Shown: positions 22,797 through 35,700 of the stretch, in pieces
How positions within the stretch are numbered: the first letter of the stretch is position 1
Layout of the letters: each line of letters opens with the position of its first letter
Origin: Fimicolochytrium jonesii
Taxonomy: Eukaryota
Reading direction: 5' to 3'
Length of the DNA stretch: 64,000 bases
Assembly: GCF_025526975.1 (NCBI RefSeq)
Contig: NW_026515668.1
Span: forward strand, 930,001 to 994,000
Notes under the pieces: model-generated
Told to the model about the DNA's origin: nothing
What the model saw: only the letters and a program-made list of their open reading frames with translations
Databases searched by the model: none
Made by a program: the position numbers and the translations under genes

Positions 22797-24164
22797 ATGA
22801 CAACTCAACCCGCACATCCCCTCATCCCCACCTCAAAATGGGCCACCATCCTCTCCCACGCCCACGCCCGCATCGAATCCTACGGCGGGATCGAGCGCGT
22901 GCTCGCCGAGCTGCAGCTATCTCCTCCACCGATTATCTCCGACACGAAGCCGTCGGAATTGGATACAGCGACGTTAGATGATATGACGGAGGATGAGGTT
23001 AGGAAGTGTGAAGAGCTTGCGGCGAGGGTGGATGGGATTGTGAAGAGTGGACGTGTGAGGGGCGTGGGGAATATGTATGCGGTGCATCCTAGACCGCCTC
23101 CCGTTGGTGGGATGGGGATGGGGCCAGCAGAGGGGAGGTTGAAGGGCGTGCGTGAGTGATTTGATTTTGAGATTGAGCCTTCTTCGAGGGGTGCTGTGAA
23201 TGAGGAAACTGATTTGTTGCCGTGGGGTGGGTACAAGAGATGTACATTGAGAAATTGGGGTACTGCCATTTGGGTAAATGTCGCCCCGTCCTTTGAATCT
23301 ACATATACCTGCCACACATTTACGCATGGGCTGATTATATTCTCACAGGCACAACATTCCACGAAATCCGCAAGACCGCCTCCACCCGCAACCTTTTCCG
23401 CCAAGCGCAAGACATCATCGCCGCTGGGCTGCCCATCAAATGTCTCGAGGCTGTCGTCGTTGCCGCTTACCTCACCGCGTCCAACAACCCAGTGTCTTCT
23501 ACTGCGGATATCGATCGTATTCGTATGTGCGATCATGCGGAATTTAACTTCAAAAGGATACTAACTCATGATTGATGATTGCTTTCTTAGCATGTAGTTT
23601 CAAATCACGGCACGGGGCAGATACATATAGGCATATCGTCTTGTTGGTCAGGCATGGCGAGCGGTGGGGATCGGTGGGGTTGTCAAGGAGGAGGGAGTTG
23701 GCGGGAAAGGATCTGGGATTCAAGGTTTGTTGCGATATTTGGGGCGGCGTGTGCAGGTTTGGAAGTGTACTTACGGTGGTTGTGTATGTAGAGCTTGCAG
23801 GAAATCTTGAGGGATTTTGAAGCGGGATACCGGACGAGTACGTGCCCTGGGAATCTGCAGTCGATCAAGACGACGTACGATGGGCTGAACCACTTTCCTC
23901 CCGTTCTTTCTTTCCCACTACCCATAGATGGCCACGTTCTCCTAAAGACGAAGCTAGGTTTACCGTTCTCGCACGACACGACGAGCAACGAGCGTGTTGT
24001 TTGGAAGGTGAAGTCCGTGCGGCATATCAAATTGACGGGATACTGATCAACTGATACACCTTTCAATACCAATGTAGTGCCTCACCCTGTCGCATGATGG
24101 GTCACATGTGTTGGACCATGAGCGGTTGCTGGAGCGCTATTTGAGGGGTGTGCGGGGCGGGTGA
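22797..24164 (+). CDS. VASH: Vasohibin-family tubulin carboxypeptidase (multi-exon; ends approximate)
   Basis: TGTTFHEIRK...IIAAGLPIKCLEAVVVAAYLT, FKSRHGADTYRHIVL, WGSVGLSRRRELAGK: the Cys-His-Ser vasohibin motifs. Confidence 0.88.
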
Positions 24165-24582
24165 GTACACAGCGGGCGAAGGTGGTGATATATTGTGATG
24201 ACCTATCTAACATGGTTTTGGGGCGGCGGGGCCTAGGTTCAATCCGTTCTTGTGATGAAGGGGGTTGAGATTTGCTTAGCGGTAGCCTGTATGTAGATTT
24301 CTCGAGAGGTAGCGAACTGGGTTTATTGCTGTACGGAATGGTAGATTGAGACGATGGATTCACAATGATCGACTGGGGCGGTTATAGGGTTACATGCGCC
24401 GCGCCACAGCCAATCACAGCCTTCGAAATGCTCCTTTTTTCGCAACTGTTTCTTCAACGCCCTCCCATACAGTAGTACACTCCCTTCCTCCAGCACGCAC
24501 TCGGCTTCTGCAAACTCCTTCGCTCCGCCATACCCTCGTCGCTCACTATCTGCACTTCTCTCCACGCAGGAACCTCGCCACA

Positions 24583-25593
24583 ATGACCATTTCAATCGAC
24601 GCAGCAAACGTCCCAAACGTAGCAACCGCAACACCCAAAACCTACGCCCTCCTTGACGCCCTACTCAACCCTCCAACCACTTCAACAACCTCAACTCCAG
24701 GCACAAACCTCCACAAACGCTTCCGCGCCCTCTTCACCCTCAAAAACCTCAACACCCCGGAATCAGTTCACATCATATCAAAAGCATTCAGCGACCCCTC
24801 CGCGCTCCTCAAACACGAGGTCGCTTATGTCCTCGGTCAAATGCGAAACACCGCCGCTATCCCGAAGCTCTCGGAGGTTCTGAATGATAATAACGAAGAT
24901 CCCATGGTTAGGCACGAGGCGGCTGAGGCCCTCGGGGCGATTGCGGATGCTGAGGCTTCGCTACCGCTGTTGAGGCGATACGTTGAAGGCGGCGACCTGT
25001 TTGACACCGCGCCCCGTGTCGTGGTCGAGACATGTATCCTCGCCATCGACCGCATAGCGTACGAAGAGGCTCGCAAAAACCGTCCTGCTGCCTCTCAGAC
25101 AGAAGACCCATCTCCGTATGCATCCGTCGACCCCGCACCCCCACTCAGCGCCACAGAGACCAAGTCAACCCAGGAGCTGAAGACGATCCTCCTCGACCCG
25201 GCATTGCCGCTCTTCACTCGCTACAGGGCGATGTTTGCGCTCCGCAACCGCGGGGATGAGGAGAGTGTTTTGGCACTTGCGGAGGGGTTTGGAGACGAGA
25301 GTGCACTGTTCAGACACGAGATTGCCTACGTCTTTGGCCAACTCCAACACCCGGCCTCGATCCCTTCCTTGAGCACCCGACTCCGGAATACCGCCGAAGA
25401 ATCCATGGTCCGCCACGAATGCGCTGAAGCCCTCGGTTCCATTGCCACCAAGGACTGCATGGACCTTTTAGAGGAATATAGGAAAGACGCCGATGTGGTT
25501 GTGAGGGAGAGCTGTGTGGTTGGGCTGGATATGGCGGAGTACGAGAATTCGGCGGAGTTTCAGTTTTTGGACGGGGTGGAGGTCAAGGCATAG
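24583..25593 (+). CDS. LIA1: Deoxyhypusine hydroxylase (Lia1/DOHH)
   Basis: RFRALFTLKNL, SALLKHEVAYVLGQM, MVRHEAAEALGAI, SVDPAPP, SALFRHEIAYVFGQL, MVRHECAEALGSI. Confidence 0.97.
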   Translation: MTISIDAANVPNVATATPKTYALLDALLNPPTTSTTSTPGTNLHKRFRALFTLKNLNTPESVHIISKAFSDPSALLKHEVAYVLGQMRNTAAIPKLSEVLNDNNEDPMVRHEAAEALGAIADAEASLPLLRRYVEGGDLFDTAPRVVVETCILAIDRIAYEEARKNRPAASQTEDPSPYASVDPAPPLSATETKSTQELKTILLDPALPLFTRYRAMFALRNRGDEESVLALAEGFGDESALFRHEIAYVFGQLQHPASIPSLSTRLRNTAEESMVRHECAEALGSIATKDCMDLLEEYRKDADVVVRESCVVGLDMAEYENSAEFQFLDGVEVKA

Positions 25594-26184
25594 AGTAGAC
25601 CATCACATTTTCTCGCCAGTACCCAGAGTCAGACCACCTTGCGTAGATCGCCCCTCCCTGCATTTTCATTTGTGTATCATACTGTGCTTCCATCTATCTA
25701 TCTATTCACGCATCTTAGCCATTTCAATACACTCACACCAAACCACGTTTGCGTACAGTACATGCCGCATGCCACGGCAAGTATACAACTTCCTCATCAC
25801 GGCCATCAAACATTTTACACTTAGAATTTACATGCGCGAGTAACAGCCAATAAACAGCCCACGGATCTAGAGTCTTTTCTGGAGGCGGCAACGCCGCCGT
25901 GGCCAGCCTTGTATGTATGTACAGTACATGACACGCAAGCATAGATATAGCCCGAGATGACAAGTGTGGCAACACATGTAGCCACACACGAACAACATTT
26001 TGATCTCTATTACCGCTGTATGGATACATGCCCACATGCATCCCCCCCGTTGTGCGGCGTCATCCCCAAAGTGTTACTTCGCTGTTCGTGAACAATGGTG
26101 CGTGTATATATGACGGACGCTTGTGAAGTAGGGAGAACGTGAAAGTACCCCTAAAGATTGTACGTGGATGCGGATGCCCTTTCC

Positions 26185-28354
26185 TCAAACGCGGTCTACC
26201 GCCCCCTCGCGTTCCCGCACAACCAGCTTGACCTCCGGCGGAGTCGCGCCCGCGGCCGCGGTCGATGGTGGAGGAGTTGAGAGCGTGACTTCTGCGAGGG
26301 GTTCGTCGTCTGATGAGAAATAGGGGTTATGGTGAGTAACACAACACGAACACAGCAGAGGGTGAATGTGAGAAACTGTACCTCCTGCAGCCGATAGGAG
26401 TTCAAACGTCGCGTTTTTGGCCTGTCGGAGATGAAAACATGGATGAGACGTTGACACCTGCACGTCCATCCCCCATTCCACAAGATGAAGCCTCCCCCCA
26501 AAACTTACATCCCCAACCCTCCACCTAACCCCCTGCCCCTTCTCCCCCTCAACAATCCCCCCAACCTGCCCACTCAACGCCTCCAAAACGCCAACCCTAT
26601 ATCGCACCATCTCCGGCAATCTGGTAAAATAGTACCGAAACGTGCCCAAGGCGCCCGGGTACGAGAATCCACAGAGTGCTTGCGTCCAGATGTAGGCGTA
26701 CCCGCCGGCGAGCGAGGGGGAGAAATGGAAGGGTTGGGCGCTGAACGAAAAAAAAGTGGGTTTTACAATTAACGGCTCGCGGGGGGGGGGGGGGGATCAA
26801 AGGGTGGGATTATGTTTCTGCACTTACTCGCCACCCAAAAACGCATTAGCAGGGTTAGGTGACACCAACCCCGTATCTTCCGGCCACAGACACGACGTCA
26901 GCATGTGGGAGGGGATGTGCGGCCAAGGTTTGGCCGGTTCGGCGGCGACGACGACGATTTGGAGGTTGGTGAGGTAGCTGAATTTTAGAATCGCTATTGG
27001 GATTGGGGTGCTAGCTGCTGTGAAGACGGATATCACCGGTGAGAATCAAATGGGCACTTCAAGGTCGGGGGAAGGGTTGTGATAGATAGATTGACTTACG
27101 AGGAGAATAGATGGTCATAACGATCTCCAATGGGTGTTTACTGTAATACGTCGCAGACCGGTCAGCGTGGCCTTTATCTTTGGTCTGATCTCGCGCGTGT
27201 TGGTCGATGTCGATGTCCATGTCGTCTGCTGAAGCGCTGCGGTCCACGGCTGGTACAGCTGCCTCGTTGATTTCCTTTTCCTTCGTTTCTGAGGAGGTTT
27301 TGGACTCCATCCGCATTGTAGCAGCGAGGTCGATATCGCCTTTGATCTCCACGCTAAGTTCGTTTTCGGCTGTTGCCATGTACCCGAGGGCGTGCTTGTA
27401 CAGCACGTAGAGCGGTTCTGGGAGGAGGTTGGCTTGAGACGCGGTGGCGCGTTTGGCGGTGGTTTCGATGTTGAGACGTTTCTGGAGCGGGAGTGTGGCC
27501 TGGTGGTTCCCCAATCATCAATCAATACACGCGCAGATAAATCCATAGTAACCCCCGGGTACACGCCATACGACACCTTTAACGCCTCCATCAACTCCTT
27601 ATCCAGCGCCTCCAACTCTGCCGTCTCCTTCGATAACCCGATTTGAGCACGCGCAAGCTCCACCTCGAGCGCCTTCTCCTCCTCGACGAGCCGGATCCGC
27701 TCCTCGAGTTCGTAGTTGAGCCGCTTCAGCATGATGTCGTGGGAATCGGTGTCGGTGGCTGCGTCGAGCGAAATTTCGGCTTCTGAGACGAGCTCGATGT
27801 TCTGATAGTTTGTCCTGATAAAAACCATGCACAAAGATGAGATTTGCTCCGCAATCTATGTAATCGCTAGCTTCCTTGATCCCAAAATCACAGATAGACA
27901 GACCGACATACTCAAGCTTCTTGCAGTCAGCGATTGACTGTTCAAAGTGGCGTATCTCATACAGCAAGTTCTGCAGTTCCAGGTTCAGTTTGTCCATGCT
28001 ATGCTTCGCCTCCTGGGTTGCCTGCTTCCGCTGGGCGGTATGAGACAAGGCTTTGCGCTGCGTCTCTAGGAGCTCCATGAACCGGACGGCTGCTACGTTC
28101 GATAGGCCGGCTTGGATGGTCACCGTCTGCCAAAGGACATACATAACGGGGGTTGAGGGGATATTCGTCGTGGCTGGAATTTCAGATCCACTTACAGCGT
28201 TGGGTTCTGTTGCTTTGCTTTCATCCTCCAGTCTTCGCTTCTTGTCGGCCCTGGCCTCTTCACGAATGGACTCGCATATTGGGCCGATTGCGGCCACATG
28301 GGGTAGTGTCGGTGTCTCCTGCTGCTCGGACCTCTTCCGTTTTTCGATGGACAT
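26185..28354 (-). CDS. THOC5: THO complex subunit 5 (Thoc5/FMIP family), multi-exon
   Basis: MDKLNLELQNLLYEIRHFEQSIADCK, IELVSEAE, HDIMLKRLNYELEERIRL, LPEPLYVLY. Confidence 0.85.
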
Positions 28355-28425
28355 TGTGTTCTTGATATCAAACTCAAGTCTCGGGGAGCAGCAGGTCCTT
28401 CCTGTCCTGCTTCCTGTCCGCGCGT

Positions 28426-28523
28426 GTTAGGGAACCGTGCCTAACCCTAAACCTAACCCTAGCCCTAACCCTAACCCTAACGAACCCTAACCCGAACCCT
28501 AACCCTAGCCGTCTATAACCCTA
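28426..28523. repeat. Interstitial telomere-like repeats in the THOC5/RPB7 divergent promoter
   Basis: gttaggg followed by roughly a dozen perfect or degenerate CCCTAA units. Confidence 0.9.
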
Positions 28524-28682
28524 CCTCGCGTGCGTATGGAACTTGCCACTGGGAAAACCAGGGACAACTTGGACGACGACAAGCTTCATTTTGCGTCGAC
28601 GACGCCCCACCCCAACCGCCATCCACATCGGATCCGCTCCCACCGGGCCGTCTCTAGATCCCCTTGACCCACCAGAGCAGCC

Positions 28683-29784
28683 ATGTTCTTCCTCGTAAGT
28701 GAGGGGTCATTCACTTCAAACGTGCAATGCACAGGAGCTCTTCCCCGTCCCACACTGATCTCACCCCCGTCCCGCGCAGAAATACCTCCACAAAACAATC
28801 CGCCTGCCCCCCTCCTCCTTCGGCCCGCACATGCGATCCCACGTCGAGCGGCGCCTCTACGACGAAGTCGAAGGGAAGATCGACGGGCGGTACGGGTACA
28901 TCATCTCCGTGCTGCAGATTGTGGAGATTGGCGCCGGGGTGCTGCAGCCCATGACCGGGTTGGCGGAATTCAATGTGGTGTATCGGGCGTTGGTGATGAA
29001 GGTGTTTAAGAATATGGTTGTTGATGGGGTTGTGACTGTTGTTAATCCGGTAAGCGTTTGGGGTGTGGGTGGGAGGGGGGGTGTGGGAGAGTGGGCGGCG
29101 TTAATGAGTTGGATGCGCTCGGTGGGCGTTGGCGATTTCTGGGGAGCGTAGCGAGCCTCTGGTGCTCCAGCGAAGGCGCGGGGTCTGCCAGGGATATGAA
29201 GCATCCATGGTTCATGGCGGAGCGCTTATGGGGCACCGAACCCTTCTTGTTTGTCGTTGGAGACCGCCGGCATTGACTCTTTCCTTACCTCTTTTAGCTA
29301 GGATTCTGGGTGGAAGTAGGCCCAATGACGATGTTTGTCGCATCTGCCGTAAGTATCGGGAAATGCCCCTCTTCATATTCCACAATCTCGATCATTCACT
29401 CACATCACATCACTCACCCAACTCCCCCAGCTGATACCCTCCTACTTCAAATACGACCCCAGCGCAAACCCGCCAGCCTTCGTGTCCGATTTCGGTGACG
29501 TAAGTACCCGTACCTCACAATAACGGGATATACCCCACCTCTAACGCATCGTTTGACCGCATTGCGACCTAGGAATCAGGCCAAGCCTCACGGATAGAAA
29601 AAGGCATAGCGATCCGGGCGCGGATTATTGGGATACGGACTGAGGCTACGGATATTGTAAGGCGTTAACACCTCGATTGCAGCCTGAATCGTTTTACGGC
29701 AACTTATGAGGACGAATACTTTTCTTTTAGTTCTGCGTCGGAACGATCAAAGAAGACTATCTCGGCCCACAAGCCGGGGTATAA
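28683..29784 (+). CDS. RPB7: RNA polymerase II subunit Rpb7 (6 exons)
   Basis: MFFL/..LPPSSFGP..LYDEVEGKIDGRYGYIISV, VVDGVVTVVN, GFWVEVGPM, FCVGTIKEDYLG. Confidence 0.95.
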
Positions 29785-30753
29785 ACCCCTCCTCTGATTG
29801 CAACGATAGTCATCCCGATGGCGATGCATTTTCATTTTTGGAAGAACGACAAAAGAAAAAACGAGAACGTATACATGGCATCTATCTATGTATTCATCTG
29901 ATCCGCAGACGTTTTTTCCGGCAATCGTTGCTGTTCGATCTTTGCCCCCGCTTTCGAATACTCGAAGACGACGGAGAAAGTTGAGGTTGATGCAGGGGCA
30001 GGAGGGGTTACGACGACGGGATGGCATGGATGAGGAAGGGGCTTGGGGTGAGCAAGAGCGGCGGTCGCGCGGTGATGAGGGACCCGGATCTTGCTCTCAG
30101 TCAATTGAAAGACTGGGACGAGGGTGGGTGAGGTTTTAAAAAGAAGGGCGGGATGCGGAAGGAGGATGGAACGTTGGAGGGGGGTTCAAAGAGAGGGGTT
30201 GACAAGGGGCGTGAGTCGGGCGGGGGGGGGTGATGGATCTGTGGGGCGTGGACGGGAGCGGGAGGAGGTGACGGCCCGGACAGTCATGCACATGTCCGCT
30301 GCAGGATTTGCAGAGGGAAGCCTCGATCGAGGAGGGGGTGGACTGGATGGTGGGGAAACTGGCCACCCTTTTATGAATGTGGGATGGTCTTTGGGGGCAT
30401 ATGTTTTTCGTGTGTTATTGAACTCAAACTCTTCAACTTGCTTGATTCTGTGTTGTATTCCTATCAGATGATATGATACGTGCTTGCGCAAACGTAACAT
30501 GGGGAAGACGGGGTATTGTGCGTGGGACGGTTGACAATAGGCGGGTTCATGGTGTTAAAGCATAAGTACCAAAATGTCCCTCATCCCCGCGCTGGACGGC
30601 TGCATATGAGCGTCAGGAGACGGGATTGGCGCCGAGTCGGTCGATGAGGCCTTCATCTTGTTGGTTCTCTGGGGTAACGGCCCTCATACGACACTAGGAT
30701 CAGCCTTCGGCGCGGAATTATAATTATCTATACTGTCTTCTGCACGGAATAAT

Positions 30754-30779
30754 TTAGGGTTAGGGTTGAACAACCCTAG
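30754..30779. repeat. Short inverted telomere-like repeat
   Basis: ttagggtTAGGGTTG-aa-CAACCCTAg. Confidence 0.7.
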
Positions 30780-31127
30780 CACCTAAGTCATACTCAGCGT
30801 GTTTCTTCAGTAGCTATGACAAACGCCTGTAGTGCGCTATAGCCGAAAAGCGCCCCACATATGGATTTTATCCACCTAATAGGACGACCGATACGTCGAA
30901 TAAGTCACCCCCCTTGACACTGGATGGTTAAACAAACCGCCGTAACTCACTGTTTGCCATCCATACCGAACTCGTTTCAGTGGACCAACTCTTGAGAGTA
31001 TTCGTTCATCGGTCGACAACGTTATCGGCAAAAACACGCTGTTACTAGTAGCCACTCAGTGGAAACGTTTTCGAAGCGGGAAATTTACGGACAAGCGCAT
31101 ATCTTTCTTCGCCATAATAGAACCCCA

Positions 31128-31323
31128 ATGAGTTTCATAACCGTCAAATATGGAGGTAAAAAGCCATCTGTCCAATGCCCTCACCCCTCATCCCTCCTTT
31201 CATTATCTCAACATCTAACCGGTACCTCTCGCCCAACCAGCCAACGAAGAACGCCTCGCAAACCCCAACGTCCTCTCCTCCGTCCTCCTAAACCACCTGA
31301 AAACGGCGGAAGGTCATTATTGA
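31128..31323 (+). pseudogene. 5' fragment of a CXorf65/C22orf15-like (cilia-associated) gene, one intron, early stop
   Basis: MSFITVKYG | intron 31156-31240 (GTAAAA..CTAAC..CAG) | ANEERLANPNVLSSVLLNHLKTAEGHY*. It resembles the recalled family N-terminus MFITVK.G......NPNC....LL. Confidence 0.5.
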
Positions 31324-31524
31324 CTTTGTGAAGAACTGTGGTGATAAACGGGAAGGAGGAATATGTCCGGAGGAAAAGGTCCAGCGGGAAACTATTTAAG
31401 CGCACCGCTTCTCAACAGATGCCCTCAGTCATACATCGGAGTGAAAACACGAAAAAAAACAACATCAAAACGCTGGCGCTACCACCACCGCTCCAACTCC
31501 TGGTCTCGCATCTGACCGTCCCCA

Positions 31525-32085
31525 ATGGCGGAGGACGGTCCATTCCAGTACTGGATCACCCGGCCAGTCGGACGGCTGAAGAATTTCATCAGGCCACCGG
31601 ATGATGAAAACGAGGCAAACGTAGTTCCTGCCGGCGAGGCTGTTTTCCGCGCAAGGTCAACCTTCATCACCGACACCGTCTTCAGTGCCTGGCATCTCCT
31701 CGCTATCTACCTCAGAAGCGAGGCCGACGACTGGCTATCCACCCTCGACAATGATCCCCTTGTTTCCCCGGCAGGAGACGCAGCCGGGAATCACAGAATG
31801 CGGAAAGGACTCAATAAGATGATCCAGGACACCTTGAGAATCATTGCCACGGATGGTGACCGGGGCAGTGTTGATCCGGTACTCCTGGAAACCTATACTA
31901 CCAAGCTCCAGCCAACCATGATGACCGGCTACCATTTCGAACAACACGACCTACCTGACGAACCTCCAAACAATGCTCAGTACCTCTTTACTCGAAAGAT
32001 TCTTCGCACCGCAGCCAACACTCCCACCGGGGAAGGGTGGACGGATTATCGGTTGCACTTCCTCCACCACCCAACAACCCACTGA
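31525..32085 (+). CDS. Hypothetical intronless ORF, possibly a gag-like relic
   Basis: 186-aa ORF with protein-like composition; YLRSEADDWLSTL loosely resembles the retrotransposon capsid L.G.A..W motif. Confidence 0.3.
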   Translation: MAEDGPFQYWITRPVGRLKNFIRPPDDENEANVVPAGEAVFRARSTFITDTVFSAWHLLAIYLRSEADDWLSTLDNDPLVSPAGDAAGNHRMRKGLNKMIQDTLRIIATDGDRGSVDPVLLETYTTKLQPTMMTGYHFEQHDLPDEPPNNAQYLFTRKILRTAANTPTGEGWTDYRLHFLHHPTTH

Positions 32086-32388
32086 CCACCTCGCAACCCC
32101 ACCCATAACCTCCACCCCACCCACCAACGCCTTCGACACCACAACAAAAGCCGCAGCATCCACCACGCAGGCCGCCACCCTCGCCGCCTACGTGGAACAC
32201 GACCCTGCCAAGCGGGACTCCGAGAAGAATCAGGAGGTGGGGATCAGAAAGGGTGGGAAGGGGACGTTGCCGCCGAATCTGGTTGAGGAGAATGGGCCGT
32301 GAGGGAGGATATACGCCTTTTTGTAATCTGGGCCTGTTCTGGGGGAGGGCCGCGCCAACCCACATTATTTTGCGCGGAAGGCCTAACC

Positions 32389-32550
32389 TGTAAGAGAATG
32401 CTCGCAGAGATCTGTATTCTGAACGTTTATAAAGCTCTCGCTCGATGATAACTAAAAAGGAAAGGGAAGGTCCAGCGTACTCTGCTATGTAGGGAAGAAA
32501 ACAATAAACTGTGCTAGTGTCACGTGGACGCATGGGAGGCTTCTCTCACA
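32389..32550 (-). repeat. 3' LTR of element 2
   Basis: 160/162 identical to 38594-38755; PPT AAGGGGGG (minus strand) adjacent at 32551-32558. Confidence 0.97.
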
Positions 32551-32779
32551 CCCCCCTTAAAACTCGAAGAGTTTTACAGAGAAGCACAGAGAATGAGAAT
32601 GGGGATGGGGATGGTGAAGTCGGTGGTTGTTTCGTTTTGTGGTGACGGTGGTGATGCCTAAACTTCCGAGGAAATGGGGTCGGCAGAGGACCGGTGTCTC
32701 ATTGTTGGTCGCTTGCGGTGGGGTAGGAGGGGTCGTCGGCGGTAGGGGTAGGCGGGAGGGGTTCGTGTCGGTGTACAGT

Positions 32780-35700
32780 AGTCCAGATCGGCCAGTTGTT
32801 CTGGTATGCGGCGAAGGCCAGGGATTTGGCGACGGCGTGGAGCGGTACCCAATCGGCAGTGTGCGGGGGTTACCCTGATCTGCGAGCGAGATAGAGCATG
32901 CGGCCGTATGTTTTGCGTTCACGTAGAATCTCCGCATATGGATGGCCGTCCGCGCTGACTGTGTACAGTGGTGGTTTGTCGGCGGTGTAGAGTCGGAGGA
33001 CGTCGCAATGAAAGACGGGATGTTGTCGTGCGAGGGTTGGGGGTAGTTTGACTTCATACGTATTTGGTTGGGGACCGACCTTGACGACCAGGTATGGACC
33101 GAGGAATTGGGGAAGGATTTTGAGGTTTGAGTTGGGGAGGTTGCGGTATTCGGGGACAGTGAGAGTGTTGCGGTGGCCCAATACATGCGTGCCGGGACCA
33201 AGGCGGGGAACTTGGGGAACGCGGCGGATGTGGGCATAAGCGGCGAATCGGTCTTAGGCTTCGCGGATACGCTCCTTGAGAAGGACCACAATGTCCCCCA
33301 TGCGGCCGGCCCATCCTGTCTGCTCTATGGGAGGAGGAAGGGTGGTTGCCCCCATGTTGCGCGGTGTCTGGAGATGAAATCTAAGATCTGCCTTGAAGGG
33401 AGTCACTCCGGTAGATGCGTTGATGGAGTCGTTATAGGCAAATTCGAGTGAGGCCAGATAGCGAGACCAGTTGCGACCGGTGAGATCCAGTGTAGCCGCT
33501 AGCATGTCTTTGAGAGTTTGAATTGCCCGCTCTGTTTGTCCATCGGTCTGTTGATGCGCGGCGGTTGCGATGGCTGTTTCGAAGCCGAGGTAGTCGGATA
33601 TGGTACGCCAGACCGCAGCCGTGAATTTGGTGTCGCGGTCGGTGACCAGGGTGGATGGAATTCCATGGAGCTTGATGACGTGTTCGCAGAAGAGCTCCCC
33701 AATCTCTTCGGCTGTCACTTCTCTGTGGGTCGGAATCAAGTGAACTCGCTTTGTGAGTCGGTCTACGACGATCATGAGCAGGTCTCTGCCTTTTGAGTCC
33801 ATGGGCAGGAAGGCGAAATCGAGGGTGACGTCGGACCAGCGAGCGTGAGGGATCGGTAGCGGTTGGAGAAGTCCGTGGCGGCGTCGACCAGTCTTGGCTC
33901 TCAGGCAGTTGTCGCATCCATGGACGTACGCTTCGACGGAGCGCTCCATTTTCGGCCAGTAGAAGTGGTGTACGAGTCTCTCCCATGTGCGAAACCATCC
34001 GGGGTGGCCAGCGGCGCCGGCAGTGTGAGCGTCGTGAAGCAATTGGAGCCGCAGCAGGATATCTGGTACGTAGAGGCGATGTTCGTAGAAGAGGAGCCCG
34101 TCTTCTTCTGTGTAGCGCCGCTCTTTCTGACTGCGACCGGTGATCGGGCGCTTGAGGGCTGTGCGTATGGTGTCCGCCAGAGGGTCTTTGGGTAGCGCTG
34201 CGCGAATGATCTCGTGTAGGTCGGTGGACGTGGTCACAATGGTGGAGATCTTGGCGACGTTGCTGCATTTGGAGCACTTTGGCGCATAGTCTGCTTGTCG
34301 GGATAGGAGGTCCGCTAGGGTATTCGCCTCACCGGGGACGTACTGGATATTGATTTCGTACTCTTGCAGTGTCTTGATCCAAGCTGCTTGTCGCCGGGAG
34401 ATATGGGGTTGGGTTTCGAGCCACGTGAGAGCCTTGTGGTCGGTAAGGGCATAGAAAGGCTGCCCACGGAGGTATGGGGACAGGGCCTTGAGCGCTTCCA
34501 CGAGACCGAGGAGTTCCCGCTCGTGCACGCCGTATCTTGTTTGGTATGGAAGTAGTTTGCGGCTCCAATAGGCAACGGGTTTCATCTGGGGCAGGAGTAG
34601 TTTCCAGTCGGCGTGGGCAACGTCGATGTCCTTCCCGGGGGGGGCTGGCTCAGACATGCTCCGATCGCAAAGCCGCTGGCATCAATTTGGAGGAAGATCG
34701 GCCGTATCGGATCGTACCATTGCAGTACGGGGCTGGTGGAGATTGACGTCTTGAGATCTGCGAAGGCTGCCGCCGCGGACTCGGTCCACAGGTACGGGAC
34801 GGTTTTACTGAGGAGGTTACTGAGTGGCAAGGCGCGGTTGGCATAGTTGTGTACGTTCCCGGCCAAGTGGTTGGTGAATCCTAAGAACGCTCTCAACTCG
34901 GCGCGGTCGACGGGTGTGGGCCAGTCTCGTACGGCTTGCGTCTTCGTGGGGTCCACGGTGATGCCGTCTTGTGACACAAGAAAGCCACAGAAAAGTGCGG
35001 AGGGCTGGAAGAACTTGCATTTGGGCAGTTTTGCCGATAATCCGTTGGCCGCCAGTCTTGAGAGTACGATGTGCAGGATTCGCAGGTGCTCCGCGTCGTC
35101 GTTGGTGTAGATCAGTAGGTCATCCATATAGATGATCAACCCCTTGTCAATAAGGTCGGCGAACATGGCGTTCATACAGCAAGTCCATGTCGCGGGCACG
35201 GAGGTTAGACCCATGGGCAGGACTGTCCATTCGAAGTGCCCGAATCGGGTCCTGAAGGCCGTCTTGTGCATGTCCGCGGGATGGAGAGCGATCTTGTGGT
35301 AGGCGTCCAGTATATCAATGGTGGTGAACTTCGTGGCACCGGAGAGTCTGTCGCGGAGCTCGGATAGGTGGGGAATTGGGGTGCGGTCGGGCACTGTCAC
35401 CCGGTTGAGTGCACGGTAATCTACACAGAATTGTAGACCCCCGTCTTTCTTGGCAAAAAATAGAACGGCCGCGCCCCAAGGGGACGAGGAGGGCTTGATC
35501 CATCCTCGCTGCAGTAGTGTTGTGATGCGGCCCTGTAGTTCCTCCAACTCCACGGGTGCCATGTGGTGAAGACGTGAGAAGGCTGGCTTAGCTCCGGGTT
35601 GTGTGCGAATGGAGTGTGCGACATTGGGTACGACTTTGTCGTTGATCCGGAAGACCTCCTCATGGTTGGCAACGATGTCTCTCACTTGCGGCGGGACGGT

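Noticed and set aside
29886..30500. Possible small minus-strand gene
   Set aside because: Pro/Ser-rich and unrecognisable; no defensible gene model.
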